The notes under the pieces were generated by a model. The model was not told the origin of the DNA and searched no databases. It worked only from the letters and a program-made list of their open reading frames with translations. Of a stretch of DNA of 64,000 nucleotides, positions 42,501 to 49,570 are shown in pieces. This stretch comes from an uncultured Enterobacteriaceae bacterium (GTDB lineage Bacteria > Myxococcota_A > UBA9042), in assembly GCA_964586155.1 (NCBI GenBank), contig CAZPHC010000002.1:8403-72402 (forward strand). Direction: 5' to 3'. The position numbers and the translations under genes are program-made. The stretch's first letter is position 1. Every line of letters starts with the position of its first letter.

Positions 42501-42580
42501 CGTCGCTCGCCCCCGGGGCCGCGCGGCGTGCACCGGGTCGGGAGCTCTGGCTGGACCACAAGCGACAGTTGACGACGCAT
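36557..42580 (-). CDS. Giant secreted lipoprotein (2007 aa): more than 35 tandem CGDG-x-C...E-x-C-x-x-C-x-x-DCG-x-C repeats punctuated three times by a distinct Cys module, then thrombospondin type-3 (TSP3) Ca-binding repeats, a LamG/concanavalin-like domain, more TSP3 repeats and a C-terminal beta domain
   Basis: The ATG at 42580 has AAGGAG 6 nt upstream. An alternative GTG at 42490 would give a tighter lipoprotein signal, [23 protein letters not shown]. The repeats are visible in the translation. TSP3 consensus units of the form DNCP...N..Q.D.D.DG.GDACD occur many times. Confidence 0.85.
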   Translation of the reverse strand: MRRQLSLVVQPELPTRCTPRGPGGERRPATVRSSTPGWLVALALAGVVALAGCGPSKDEAVKGFTNPYADTQGDGGQIADTSAQPDGASGDVNAPCKVDGDCGSNQICHPTLGWCVGKTCTPGAKSCLGPYAVECAPSGTGILTPAKLCPSGTTCLAGSCSASGCGDGLCSAGAGETCSTCATDCGTCAEACGNGVCAPTESCKECPADCGACADDGGCKATGDPGCSGCACESCVCQIDPACCTGAWDDACASLCQQCGSPCNATCGNGLCEPKAKESCSSCSADCGACPASCGDGICAAAAGETCNSCAVDCGTCAACGDGICAPTFGESCETCAADCGACKVCGDGVCNVIGGESCSSCPADCGTCPKACGDGVCSAKDGETCASCNADCGACDSCGNGVCDANKGETCASCDKDCGVCPTCGDGSCQPEIGESCEGCPGDCGVCKAICGDGLCEAGKSESCSACPDDCGACPASCGDGACQASESCKDCPKDCGGCAPACGDGTCNGNETCKDCPGDCGVCPPSCGDGECLGTESCSTCPKDCGSCPASCGDGTCNGLEACQTCPGDCGACPASCGDGTCNGSETCSSCSKDCKDCPASCGDGTCNGTESCKTCPGDCGACPPSCGDGTCSAAAGESCQSCPSDCGACPAKCGDGLCEAAKGESCTSCALDCGTCPGSCGDGICAPSQGESCTSCAKDCGACPGSCGDGLCTPKDGESCKSCATDCGACPDSCGDGVCSAVAGETCTSCAKDCGPCGPGCGDGVCNALGGEDCKACPADCGSCGDGCTTTQTPGCGGCGCESCVCKLDAFCCNSAWDGICVNLCATQCDGGCKGVCGNKTCEQGETCSSCAADCGPCPVTCGDGKCDAAAGESCSSCSKDCGPCGPVCGDGLCAVQQGESCKTCSKDCGACPGTCGDGTCGPGESCSSCPGDCGKCGATCGDAKCEAALGETCSTCVSDCGACPAVCGNGQCEVLLGEDCTTCPKDCAFNCPAKCGDGLCDPKGGENCKSCASDCGTCAPICGDGACATTGGETCSSCAIDCGACPVNDGCTKSPKAGCDGCGCEKCVCDLDPFCCATAWDASCVDKCKGSCGGCGQTCVPKCDGKQCGSDGCGGTCGLCPGGTACDANGACAVIPKGCGDGVCKPVDGEDCKTCTKDCGACPSVCGDGSCSPGESCGGCPTDCGICPLQCGNGTCEVGESCASCAKDCCPTPSCGNLQCDPTNGETCDNCPQDCGLCPCKTTCSGKVCGDDGCGGTCGSCKADQYCSSVGQCQCAPNCKGKQCGGDGCGGSCGTCSADTQCNDAVGLCLPKCVPQCGKKVCGSDGCNGSCGTCGAGTQCVQGQCVKPVECFDDVDCNDNDKCTIDFCASGICGHQPSSSPACCPDKDKDGICDASDNCPTTANAGQQDADKDGTGDACDDDIDNDGVANAKDNCANVFNPTQLNTDGDAQGDACDLDDDNDGIFDPNDNCALIKNSGQQDADGDLVGDACDLCPATPDDGKTDGDGDGRGDACDNCKQTPNPDQTDTDSDGLGDVCDNDIDGDGYPNVSDCAPKDPGAPYAIDLPCNGKDDNCNGKTDESAVLLWHWDSSTEGWTFSPKTQNVGWQRSEVESWSPPGALYYGNGVNFDSGGTPNQGDATSPVVELPPVKVLSLAYRYLFAIEGGTTYDKVSLAIATETDGFAAYTVLMQKGANTVVQKWAVQLVDLSKYAGQRVRFRFRFESVDGVENDKYLGVLIDDFAISAPGSTALDTDKDGTADACDSDDDGDSVLDAADNCPLLANASQADNDKDGIGDACDGDDDNDGIVDGQDNCPLVSNPDQKDNNGNGTGDACEDGSALPWLETFNSYATSFTQGGWSTFVEPGTTGSDLFKLAGTGNKRAELVVTSNFPTLKSVATWLTGPDVAVGPTKVANLSFKLDYSISGIPGGISLPSQVNVRLSLDGGKTWLSAGFVNLTGPGNSLQILSLDKFLVGKGAVRVGFFISATTLGTMTWRIDDVSITGK
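38800..41750 (-). repeat. Degenerate tandem coding repeats of about 105 bp (35-aa CGDG...DCGxC units) inside the 2007-aa lipoprotein gene
   Basis: The period is visible in the translation. The coordinates are approximate. Confidence 0.7.
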
Positions 42581-42807
42581 CGAGCACTCCTTGCGCCGGA
42601 CGAGGTCGACCGCGCGGGCGCTCCGAACCGGGTCGACCGTGGTCGCAACGCCCTGGGAGTGTACCAATTCGCGAGGACCCAGCGCCAGACCCAACCGCGA
42701 TCCCGTGGCGGACCCTCGCAATTGTTCTCAAGAGGTCGCCGGGCGCACGCCCGGACCTTGGCGCCGGTCGGGGCGTCACGCACCCGCCAGCGCGCCTTGT
42801 TTACAGT

Positions 42808-44973
42808 TTACAGGCCCAGGTCGGCGGCGTAGTTGATCTCGATCAAGTCCGAAGCCTCGGGCACTTCCGAGAAGAAGATCGCCTCGTTGTAGACCTGGCA
42901 CAGGCCGTCGATGCACGTCAGGCCGGCGTTGCAGTCGCGCGTCTCCTTGCACGCGGCGAGCTCGCCCTTGAGCCCGGTCTTGCCGGTGCGGCAGTCGGGC
43001 GACGGCGCGATGTAGAAGGACGTCGTGTCGCCCGGGACCGGGCCGTCCGTGAGCTTGAGCGTCTCGGTCTTGCCGTCGCGCGTCCGCGTGACCGTGAGCT
43101 TGCGCACGCCGTCGACGACGAACGGCGGCTGCGGCAGGCAGAGCTTGACCACGCGCCGGAGGATGGTCGTGGCGATGTTCTCGAGCGCAGGGCCGAAGTC
43201 CGCACCCTTGCAGATGTTCTGCACGACGCCGTTGCTGCGGAACGCCTCGGCGAGCTCAAAGTAGCGCGAACCGTAGCTGGCCTCACCGCGGGAGCCGATG
43301 CAGACGTACGGGGCGGCGCCAGGCGCGTTCTCGGGGATCGTCGTGGTGTAGTAGTTGACGCGGTCGCGGTGGGCCTGCAGCTGCGACGAGCTCTCGGTCG
43401 TATCACCCGCGATGGCCGCGACGATGACCTTGGCCGGGTCGCTCTTGAGCGACTTGAAGCGGTTGACGAACTCGGTCACGGGCGCGAACTGCTTGGTCTT
43501 CTTGACGTGCGCGGTGTAGTTGGCGTCGACCTTGGCCAGGCAGGCCTGTTGCTCGGCGCTGCCGTCGGCGCAGCCGTTCGGGCACTTGAGCTTGCCGCCG
43601 TTGTCCTTGGTCTGGCTGCCGGCCAGGCAGTCGGACGGGCAGAACAGGTCGCCGTTCTTGCGCCGCTTCTGCTCGCAGTTGCCTTCGTTGAGCGCGTCGT
43701 TGCTGCCGAGCGAGTCGCCGTAGGTCTGGCACCGCTGCCAGTCCTCCTTGGTGATCACGTTCTTGTCGAGCGGGTTGAGGTCGAGCGGCATCGAGCAATC
43801 GTCGTCGTCGCTGACGAAGACGATGACGAGGTACGCGTCGTCGCGCAGCAGCTGCTTGGTCTGGCAGTTGGCCTCGTCGAGCAGCGGGTCGCAGAGCGCG
43901 GCGGTGTCGGCGGCGCACTTGGCGGCGCTGAAGTCCGAGTAGCACCAGCAGTTCTTCTTCTTGTCGTCCTCGCTGATCTTCGGGTCCTTGAGGTACGTCG
44001 GGCTGCAGAAGGCGCCATCGTCGGCGCAGCAGCTGCGCAGGTGACGCACGCAGGCGTCGCGGTTGCAGTTGGGGCCCTCTGGGTCCAGCGCGGTCCAGGC
44101 CGAGCGGAAGCCGCCCTCGAAGGTCGACTCGATGGTCTGCGCCGCGCCCACGGTGGCGATGCAGCGGAACAGGTCGAGCTGGTCGCTCTTGAGCACCGGC
44201 GGCAGCTGGTCAGCCGGGGGGCAGCCCTCGGTGTCCGGCGGGTACATGCAGCCGGCCGACTCGATGTTGGTGCCGCCGCCCGGGACGACGCACCGGATGC
44301 GCTGCTGCTCGGGCGGCACGTTCGGCTCGAACGTGGCGCGGCAATCCTTGTGGTTCTTGATGTCGGTGCAGTGCGACTGGCACGCGCTGTTGATCGAGCA
44401 GTTGTAGTTGGCGATCGCGCTGGCGTTGGTCGGCGCCTTGCACACCCACGAGCCGGTCGTGTACGGGTTGACGACGTCCTGCGGGTTCGGCGTGCAGAGC
44501 GAGCTGTCGGTCGTGGTGTTGAACGGGAACTTGTGCGGCGTCGTGCACTGCTTGTCGTCCTGGCAGTGCATCTTCACGCGCTCGATGCAGTTCGGCGGGA
44601 AGCTCGTCGCCGGCTCGTGCTTGAAGCGACCGATCACGCGGACGTCGGACTTGTCCTGGGCCTGCTGCACCGTGACCACGGCCATCTGCGCGTCGATCGT
44701 GCCGATGGATTGGAGCTTGGTGATGAACTGCTGGAATCCCTTGGCGAGGTCGCGCTGCTCCTGGCACATCGACGGCGAGTGGTCGATGACCCAAAGGAAG
44801 TCGAGCTTCACCGCCTCGTCGGCGTTGAGCTTGTCGGTGACGCGGACGCGGAAGTTCTCGAGCAAGCTGTGCACGGGGTAGTTGTTGCACGACGTGAGCG
44901 AGGCCGACGTCGAAACGAGCAACAATCCCGACAGGGTGGCCGACAGCCACGAGCGCTTGCGCAGGCGGGCCAT
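42808..44973 (-). CDS. Cys-rich lipoprotein with an N-terminal von Willebrand factor A (VWA) domain
   Basis: The lipobox is LLLVSTSASLTSC. The MIDAS motif reads DFLWVIDHSPSM. The protein has more than 45 Cys and is Lys/Asn/Asp-rich. Local GC is about 58-60%, well below the flanking sequence. An alternative upstream ATG at 45009 has a GGAG. Confidence 0.8.
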   Translation of the reverse strand: MARLRKRSWLSATLSGLLLVSTSASLTSCNNYPVHSLLENFRVRVTDKLNADEAVKLDFLWVIDHSPSMCQEQRDLAKGFQQFITKLQSIGTIDAQMAVVTVQQAQDKSDVRVIGRFKHEPATSFPPNCIERVKMHCQDDKQCTTPHKFPFNTTTDSSLCTPNPQDVVNPYTTGSWVCKAPTNASAIANYNCSINSACQSHCTDIKNHKDCRATFEPNVPPEQQRIRCVVPGGGTNIESAGCMYPPDTEGCPPADQLPPVLKSDQLDLFRCIATVGAAQTIESTFEGGFRSAWTALDPEGPNCNRDACVRHLRSCCADDGAFCSPTYLKDPKISEDDKKKNCWCYSDFSAAKCAADTAALCDPLLDEANCQTKQLLRDDAYLVIVFVSDDDDCSMPLDLNPLDKNVITKEDWQRCQTYGDSLGSNDALNEGNCEQKRRKNGDLFCPSDCLAGSQTKDNGGKLKCPNGCADGSAEQQACLAKVDANYTAHVKKTKQFAPVTEFVNRFKSLKSDPAKVIVAAIAGDTTESSSQLQAHRDRVNYYTTTIPENAPGAAPYVCIGSRGEASYGSRYFELAEAFRSNGVVQNICKGADFGPALENIATTILRRVVKLCLPQPPFVVDGVRKLTVTRTRDGKTETLKLTDGPVPGDTTSFYIAPSPDCRTGKTGLKGELAACKETRDCNAGLTCIDGLCQVYNEAIFFSEVPEASDLIEINYAADLGL

Positions 44974-45084
44974 CGGGGGGGTCAGCTGGGGCGTCGAGGG
45001 GCGGGACTCAAGGTGCATGGCGACTCGCTCCGGCTGCGTCATAGGACGCGCGCGCCATACGATACCAGAGCATCGCGCGGGGGG

Positions 45085-47088
45085 CTAGCGGTCTGGTCCA
45101 GCCTTGCCTGCTTGCAGGATCTGGGCCGCCGTCGGCGTCTGTGCGCCTTGCGTCGGCAGCGCGGACAGGGACGCGATGCGCCCGAGCAGGGCCAGCACCC
45201 GGTCGCCAAAGGCGCGGCGCAGCGCGTCGTCGATGCCGGCGTCGTCCCCGGCGTCGTGACGCACCGCCTGGCCGTCGACCAGGATGACGATGTCGTCTGC
45301 CACCGCGAGCGCCGCGACCAGATCGTGCGCCGTCACGACGACGAGCCGGCGCTCTTCGTGGGCGATGCGCGCCAGCGTGCCCAGCACCTCGGACGCGGCG
45401 ACGACGTCCAGCGCCGCGGTCGGCTCGTCGAGCAGCAGGACCGAGGCCGGTCGGGCCAGGGCCAGGGCCAGGACCGCGCGCTGCCGCTGGCCGCCCGAGA
45501 GCGTGCCGAGCGGGCGGTCTGCGAGGGCTTGGGCGTCCACTCGGGCCAGGGCGCGGGCCCGCAGCTCGGCGCGGGCGCGTCGAGGCAGACCGTCCAGGCG
45601 CCCGGCCAGATCGACGAGCTCGTCGGTCGTCATCTCGTCGTCGAGCTCGATCCGCTGCGGCAGCCACGCGATGTGGTTCGGTGTGGCCGCGTCGGCGCGC
45701 GCGACGCCGCGGTCGAGGATGGTGCCACTGCGCTCGGGGCGATGCGGCCCGGGCCCGGCGCCCGCCAGCGCCCGCAGCAGGGTCGATTTGCCCGCGCCGT
45801 TGGCGCCCAGCACCGCGACCAGGCGTCCCGGGGCCAGCTCGAGGTCGAGTTCGCGCAGCACGGGCTGGCCCGCGTAGGCGACCGACAGCTGCCGGCAGGC
45901 GAGCAGGGGCACCGGTCGGTCGGTCGGGGGCGGTCTGTCGCTCGGATCGAGGCCGGCCGCGGCCAGGGGCCGGGGGCGGCGGTCCTGGGTGGCGGCGGCG
46001 TCGCGGTCGAGCGGCAGTGGACGGTCGCGCCTGCGCAGCAGCACCAGCAGCAGCGGCACGCCAGCGAGCGCCGTCGGGATGCCGATCGGCAGCTCCGCGG
46101 GCGCGAACGCGACGCGACAGAGCAGGTCGACCGCGAGCAGGAAGGCGCCGCCGCCGAGGCAGGTCGCCGGCGCCAGGTGGCGATGGCCGGGGCCGAACAG
46201 GGCGCGGGCGCCGTGCGGCACGAGCAGGCCGACAAAGCCGACGATGCCCGCGATCGCGACCGCGACCGCGGCCAGGATCGCCGAAAAGAGCACCGCTCCG
46301 CGCTCGATCCGGGCGGCGTCGACGCCGAGGCCGGCAGCCGAGTCCACGCCCAGCCGCAAGGCGTCGAGCTGCGCGGCGCGGCGCTGGGTCCAGAGCAGGC
46401 CGGCGACCACGCCCAGCGCCGGCAGGGCGAGCTGCAGCGGCGACGTCACCGAGACGCCACCCATCAACCATTGCGTCGCCGCGCGCAGGCCGGCGTCGTC
46501 GGCGCGCACCAGCAACAGCGACGTCGCGGCGCCCGCGAACGCCGTGATGACGAGTCCCGCGAGCACGACGCGCTCGGAGGTGCCTCCCGCGCGCTGGCCG
46601 ATGCGGATCGCCAGGGTCGCGGCCAGCAGCGCGCCGACCAGCGCGAGCACCGGCTCGGCCGTGCCGACCAGGCCGACGACGCCGAGCGTGCTCGCCAGCG
46701 TCAGCAGCCCGACGGTCGACAGCGTCGCCCCGGCGCTGGTCCCGAGCAGGTAGGGGTCGGCGAGCGGATTGCGCGTCGCGGTCTGCAACAGCAGCCCGGC
46801 GAGGCCCAACGCCGCGCCGCTGAGGGCGGCACCGGCGCTGCGCACCGCGCGCAGCCGGACGATGGCGTCGAGGCCGTCGCCGCTGCCTGCGCCGAGGCCG
46901 AGTCCGTCGAGCAGCGCGTCACCACCGAGCGAGGCCGGGCCGACCGTCAGGCCGCCCACGGCTGCCAGCGCCAGGGCCGCGCCGCTCCAGAGCCATGCGG
47001 CCGCGCTCGAGCGTTCGACCGCAGGGCGCGCGCCCCTGGCGGCAGGCTGCGGCGGCGCTGGCGGCGTCGCTGTCGGTGGCGTGCTCAT
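45085..47088 (-). CDS. Fused ABC importer subunit: an N-terminal FecCD-family permease (about 340 aa) and a C-terminal FepC/BtuD-type ATPase in a single 667-aa polypeptide
   Basis: A single frame runs from the ATG at 47088 to the stop at 45085. The permease helices end in LLVLLRRR. A Pro/Asp/Arg linker follows, then the ATPase with Walker A GANGAGKST, signature LSGGQRQR and Walker B LLLDEPT. There is no stop between the two halves. Confidence 0.8.
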   Translation of the reverse strand: MSTPPTATPPAPPQPAARGARPAVERSSAAAWLWSGAALALAAVGGLTVGPASLGGDALLDGLGLGAGSGDGLDAIVRLRAVRSAGAALSGAALGLAGLLLQTATRNPLADPYLLGTSAGATLSTVGLLTLASTLGVVGLVGTAEPVLALVGALLAATLAIRIGQRAGGTSERVVLAGLVITAFAGAATSLLLVRADDAGLRAATQWLMGGVSVTSPLQLALPALGVVAGLLWTQRRAAQLDALRLGVDSAAGLGVDAARIERGAVLFSAILAAVAVAIAGIVGFVGLLVPHGARALFGPGHRHLAPATCLGGGAFLLAVDLLCRVAFAPAELPIGIPTALAGVPLLLVLLRRRDRPLPLDRDAAATQDRRPRPLAAAGLDPSDRPPPTDRPVPLLACRQLSVAYAGQPVLRELDLELAPGRLVAVLGANGAGKSTLLRALAGAGPGPHRPERSGTILDRGVARADAATPNHIAWLPQRIELDDEMTTDELVDLAGRLDGLPRRARAELRARALARVDAQALADRPLGTLSGGQRQRAVLALALARPASVLLLDEPTAALDVVAASEVLGTLARIAHEERRLVVVTAHDLVAALAVADDIVILVDGQAVRHDAGDDAGIDDALRRAFGDRVLALLGRIASLSALPTQGAQTPTAAQILQAGKAGPDR

Positions 47089-48218
47089 CGCGTCTCCACG
47101 GCCGTCGCGGCCGCTGGCCCGGGCGCGGGGGCAGCGCCGCCGGCCGTGCCCGGCGCTGCCGTGCCCGGCGCTGCCGTGCCCGGCGCTGCCGTGCCCGGCG
47201 CCGCGCCGGGGTGTAGCAGGGCGGCGATCGTCCGCAAAGCCTGCACGACCCGCGGCCCGGGCCGGCCGAGCATCGCCGCGTCGATCCGATGGACGCGGCC
47301 CGTCTTGACCGCACGCAGCGACGCGAGTCCAGGCCGGGCCGCGAACGTCGCCGCGGCGGCAGCGGCGTCATCCGGCGCGGCGGGCCACGCCAGGATCACG
47401 ACGTCCGGATCGGCGGCGAGGATCGACTCGCTCGACACCTGTGGCCAGCCGCGCTCGCCGCCGAAGACGTTGACGCCATGGGCGCTGCGGAGCAGGTCGC
47501 CCAAGAAGGTGTCGTCGCCGGCGGTCCAGCCCTTGCCCGTCGCGTGATCGAGCTCGAGGTACACGCGCGGCGCGGCACGCCCGGCCAGCGCACGTTCGAC
47601 CTCGGCGAGATCCGACAGGTAGGCGTCGCGCACCGCCGCGCCGCGCGCACCGGCGCCGCAGAGCGACGCGATGCGCTCGATGTCCGAGGCGATGGACGCC
47701 AGCCGCTGCGGCGACAGGCCCAGCCAGGCGATGCCCGCGTCGTCGAGCGCGCCGCGCAGCCGCGCCGGGGGGAAGCTCGTCAGGACCAGATCGGGCCGCG
47801 CCTGCAAGATCAACTCGACCGAAGGCGAGAGCGCGTCGACCGCGGGGGCGGCCCGGGCCTCGGCGGGCTCATCGCTCCACCGGTCGCGCAGGACCAGCGC
47901 GCGGCCGCAGCCGACCGCGAACAGGATCTCCGTCAGCGCCGGCGACAGGCTGGCGACGCGGCGCGCCGGCGCAGCCAGGTCCACGGATCGCCCCTGGTCG
48001 TCGACGACGCGAAGGGGCGCCGCGGCCGCGGCCGCCGCGGTCGTCGTCGCGGTCGTGGACGTCGTCGCGGCCGTGGACGGCGGCACGCGACGGCAGCCCG
48101 TCGCCACGGTCACGAGCAGCGCCAGGCCCAGGAGCGCCGGCGCGCGCTTCTGCCGCGGCAGCTCCGACGTCCGGCGTCCGCCCGCCGCGCGATCCGGGAC
48201 CACGGACGGCGCTACCAC
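47085..48218 (-). CDS. Periplasmic substrate-binding lipoprotein of an iron-siderophore/cobalamin/heme-type ABC importer (FhuD/BtuF class)
   Basis: The lipobox is LLVTVATGC and the fold motifs are typical of a class III SBP. Its stop overlaps the permease start (ATGA). The C-terminal tail contains a (GTAAP)4 repeat. Confidence 0.8.
   Translation of the reverse strand: MVAPSVVPDRAAGGRRTSELPRQKRAPALLGLALLVTVATGCRRVPPSTAATTSTTATTTAAAAAAAPLRVVDDQGRSVDLAAPARRVASLSPALTEILFAVGCGRALVLRDRWSDEPAEARAAPAVDALSPSVELILQARPDLVLTSFPPARLRGALDDAGIAWLGLSPQRLASIASDIERIASLCGAGARGAAVRDAYLSDLAEVERALAGRAAPRVYLELDHATGKGWTAGDDTFLGDLLRSAHGVNVFGGERGWPQVSSESILAADPDVVILAWPAAPDDAAAAAATFAARPGLASLRAVKTGRVHRIDAAMLGRPGPRVVQALRTIAALLHPGAAPGTAAPGTAAPGTAAPGTAGGAAPAPGPAAATAVETR
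47144..47203. repeat. Four tandem copies of a 15-bp unit, ccgtgcccggcgctg (the last copy has one mismatch), within the 3' end of the SBP gene; encodes (GTAAP)4
   Basis: Direct reading of the sequence at 47144..47203. Confidence 0.9.
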
Positions 48219-49570
48219 CTGCCGACCTCGAGCGCGCGCAGGCCGCCGGGGTTGCTCGGACGCCGCGCCACCAGCAGCGCAGGCATCGACGGCGCCGCGC
48301 GTGCCGGGCCGCTGTCGTAGATGCCGAGATCGCCGACCAGATCGTTGTGGTCGACCACCCAGAGCCGGGAACGGACGTCGTCATGCCAGAGGTTCACCAG
48401 GCTGAAGGCGCCGGAGCCGACGCGCACCAGCTTCGCCTTGCCGGCCGTCAGGTCGAGCTGCCACAGGCGATCGGCGGTCTGCGCCTCGAGATCGCCGAGA
48501 TCGACCACCCAGGCGAGCGCGGCGTCGGCGGTCACGGCCAGCGCGAACCCGAGCGGGCGCTGGCCGATCTCGACCGCCGGGATCACGCGTTCGACGCCGC
48601 TGCCGTCGCCGCGCAGCACCGCGACGCCCGAGCCGGCGATCTGCGCAGCGACGGTGCCGGCGAAGCTGCCGCTGCACGCCACCACCAGCCGTGCAGCCTG
48701 TGCGCCCGTGCCCGCCCGTTCGGCAACGCCGGCGCCACGGCGCAGCGCCCGGCAATTCTGCAACGACGGCAGATCGACCCGCGCCAGCACCTGCAGCGGC
48801 CCGTCGCCGGCACCGCCCGGGCGGCCGACGGCGATGACCCTGCCTGGGCCGACGGCCTGGAAGTCGTCGCGGATCGAGGCCAGCGGCAGCCACCAACGTT
48901 GGCCATCCCACGCGCCGGCGCCGGCCATCGCCAGGTGCCCGGCCACGGTCGCCTCGGCGCCGAGCGCGAGGCGGGTGCGCGGCTTGCCGGTCTCGTCGAC
49001 GACCAGGACGTCGTCGCCTGGAACGTCGTCGCCCCGGCCGTCGCCGGGCACGGCGCCTGCGCCTGGCGCCCTCTGCCCGCGCGCGACCCAGATCTCGCCT
49101 GGGACCGCGAGCGCGTCCTGCGGGTTGGCAAAGAAGCCGGTCGCGACGTCGAACTGCGCCCTGACCTCGAGGCCCCTCAGGCGCGTGACGACGCCGCGTC
49201 CGCGGTCCAGGGCGATGGCGTCGCCGCTGCCGTCCTCGACGCTGCCGACCACGACGTCGCCGGAGAACGCCGTCCCGGTCGCGCCGACCTTGCTGCCGGA
49301 GTGCAGGAAGCCGGCCGCGACGACCTGTTCGCTGTCGACGTCGACGCGGCTCAGCACGCTGGTCTGGTAGTCGCCGCCGACGACCAGCAGGCCGCGCTCG
49401 CCCAGCGCGCCGCCCGCCGCGGCCCCGCCAGCCGCCGCTGCGGTGGTGTCGTCGAGGCAGCCGACCGCGACCAACGACGCGGCCAGCAGCGCGAGGGCCG
49501 CGTGCCGGCGGGCCGGGGCGCCGCTTGGCGGGGCGCCGCTCGTCGGAGCGCGGGGTGGGGTGTGGGTCAT
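48212..49570 (-). CDS. Hypothetical lipoprotein (452 aa), Gly/Val/Asp-rich, probably a beta-propeller
   Basis: The lipobox is LVAVGC. It is translationally coupled on both sides, overlapping the TBDR stop by 4 nt and the SBP start by 7 nt. Confidence 0.65.
   Translation of the reverse strand: MTHTPPRAPTSGAPPSGAPARRHAALALLAASLVAVGCLDDTTAAAAGGAAAGGALGERGLLVVGGDYQTSVLSRVDVDSEQVVAAGFLHSGSKVGATGTAFSGDVVVGSVEDGSGDAIALDRGRGVVTRLRGLEVRAQFDVATGFFANPQDALAVPGEIWVARGQRAPGAGAVPGDGRGDDVPGDDVLVVDETGKPRTRLALGAEATVAGHLAMAGAGAWDGQRWWLPLASIRDDFQAVGPGRVIAVGRPGGAGDGPLQVLARVDLPSLQNCRALRRGAGVAERAGTGAQAARLVVACSGSFAGTVAAQIAGSGVAVLRGDGSGVERVIPAVEIGQRPLGFALAVTADAALAWVVDLGDLEAQTADRLWQLDLTAGKAKLVRVGSGAFSLVNLWHDDVRSRLWVVDHNDLVGDLGIYDSGPARAAPSMPALLVARRPSNPGGLRALEVGRW

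Noticed and set aside
36557-42580. Regular roughly 105-bp periodicity that could superficially resemble a CRISPR array
   Set aside because: The repeats are degenerate, in-frame and encode conserved Cys spacing. There are no identical direct repeats with unique spacers, and no cas genes anywhere in the window.
45880-45960. Splitting the 667-aa ABC protein into separate permease and ATPase genes at the GTG at 45912
   Set aside because: No stop codon separates the domains in any nearby position of that frame, so as sequenced they form one polypeptide. The possibility of a sequencing indel is flagged in the findings rather than asserted.
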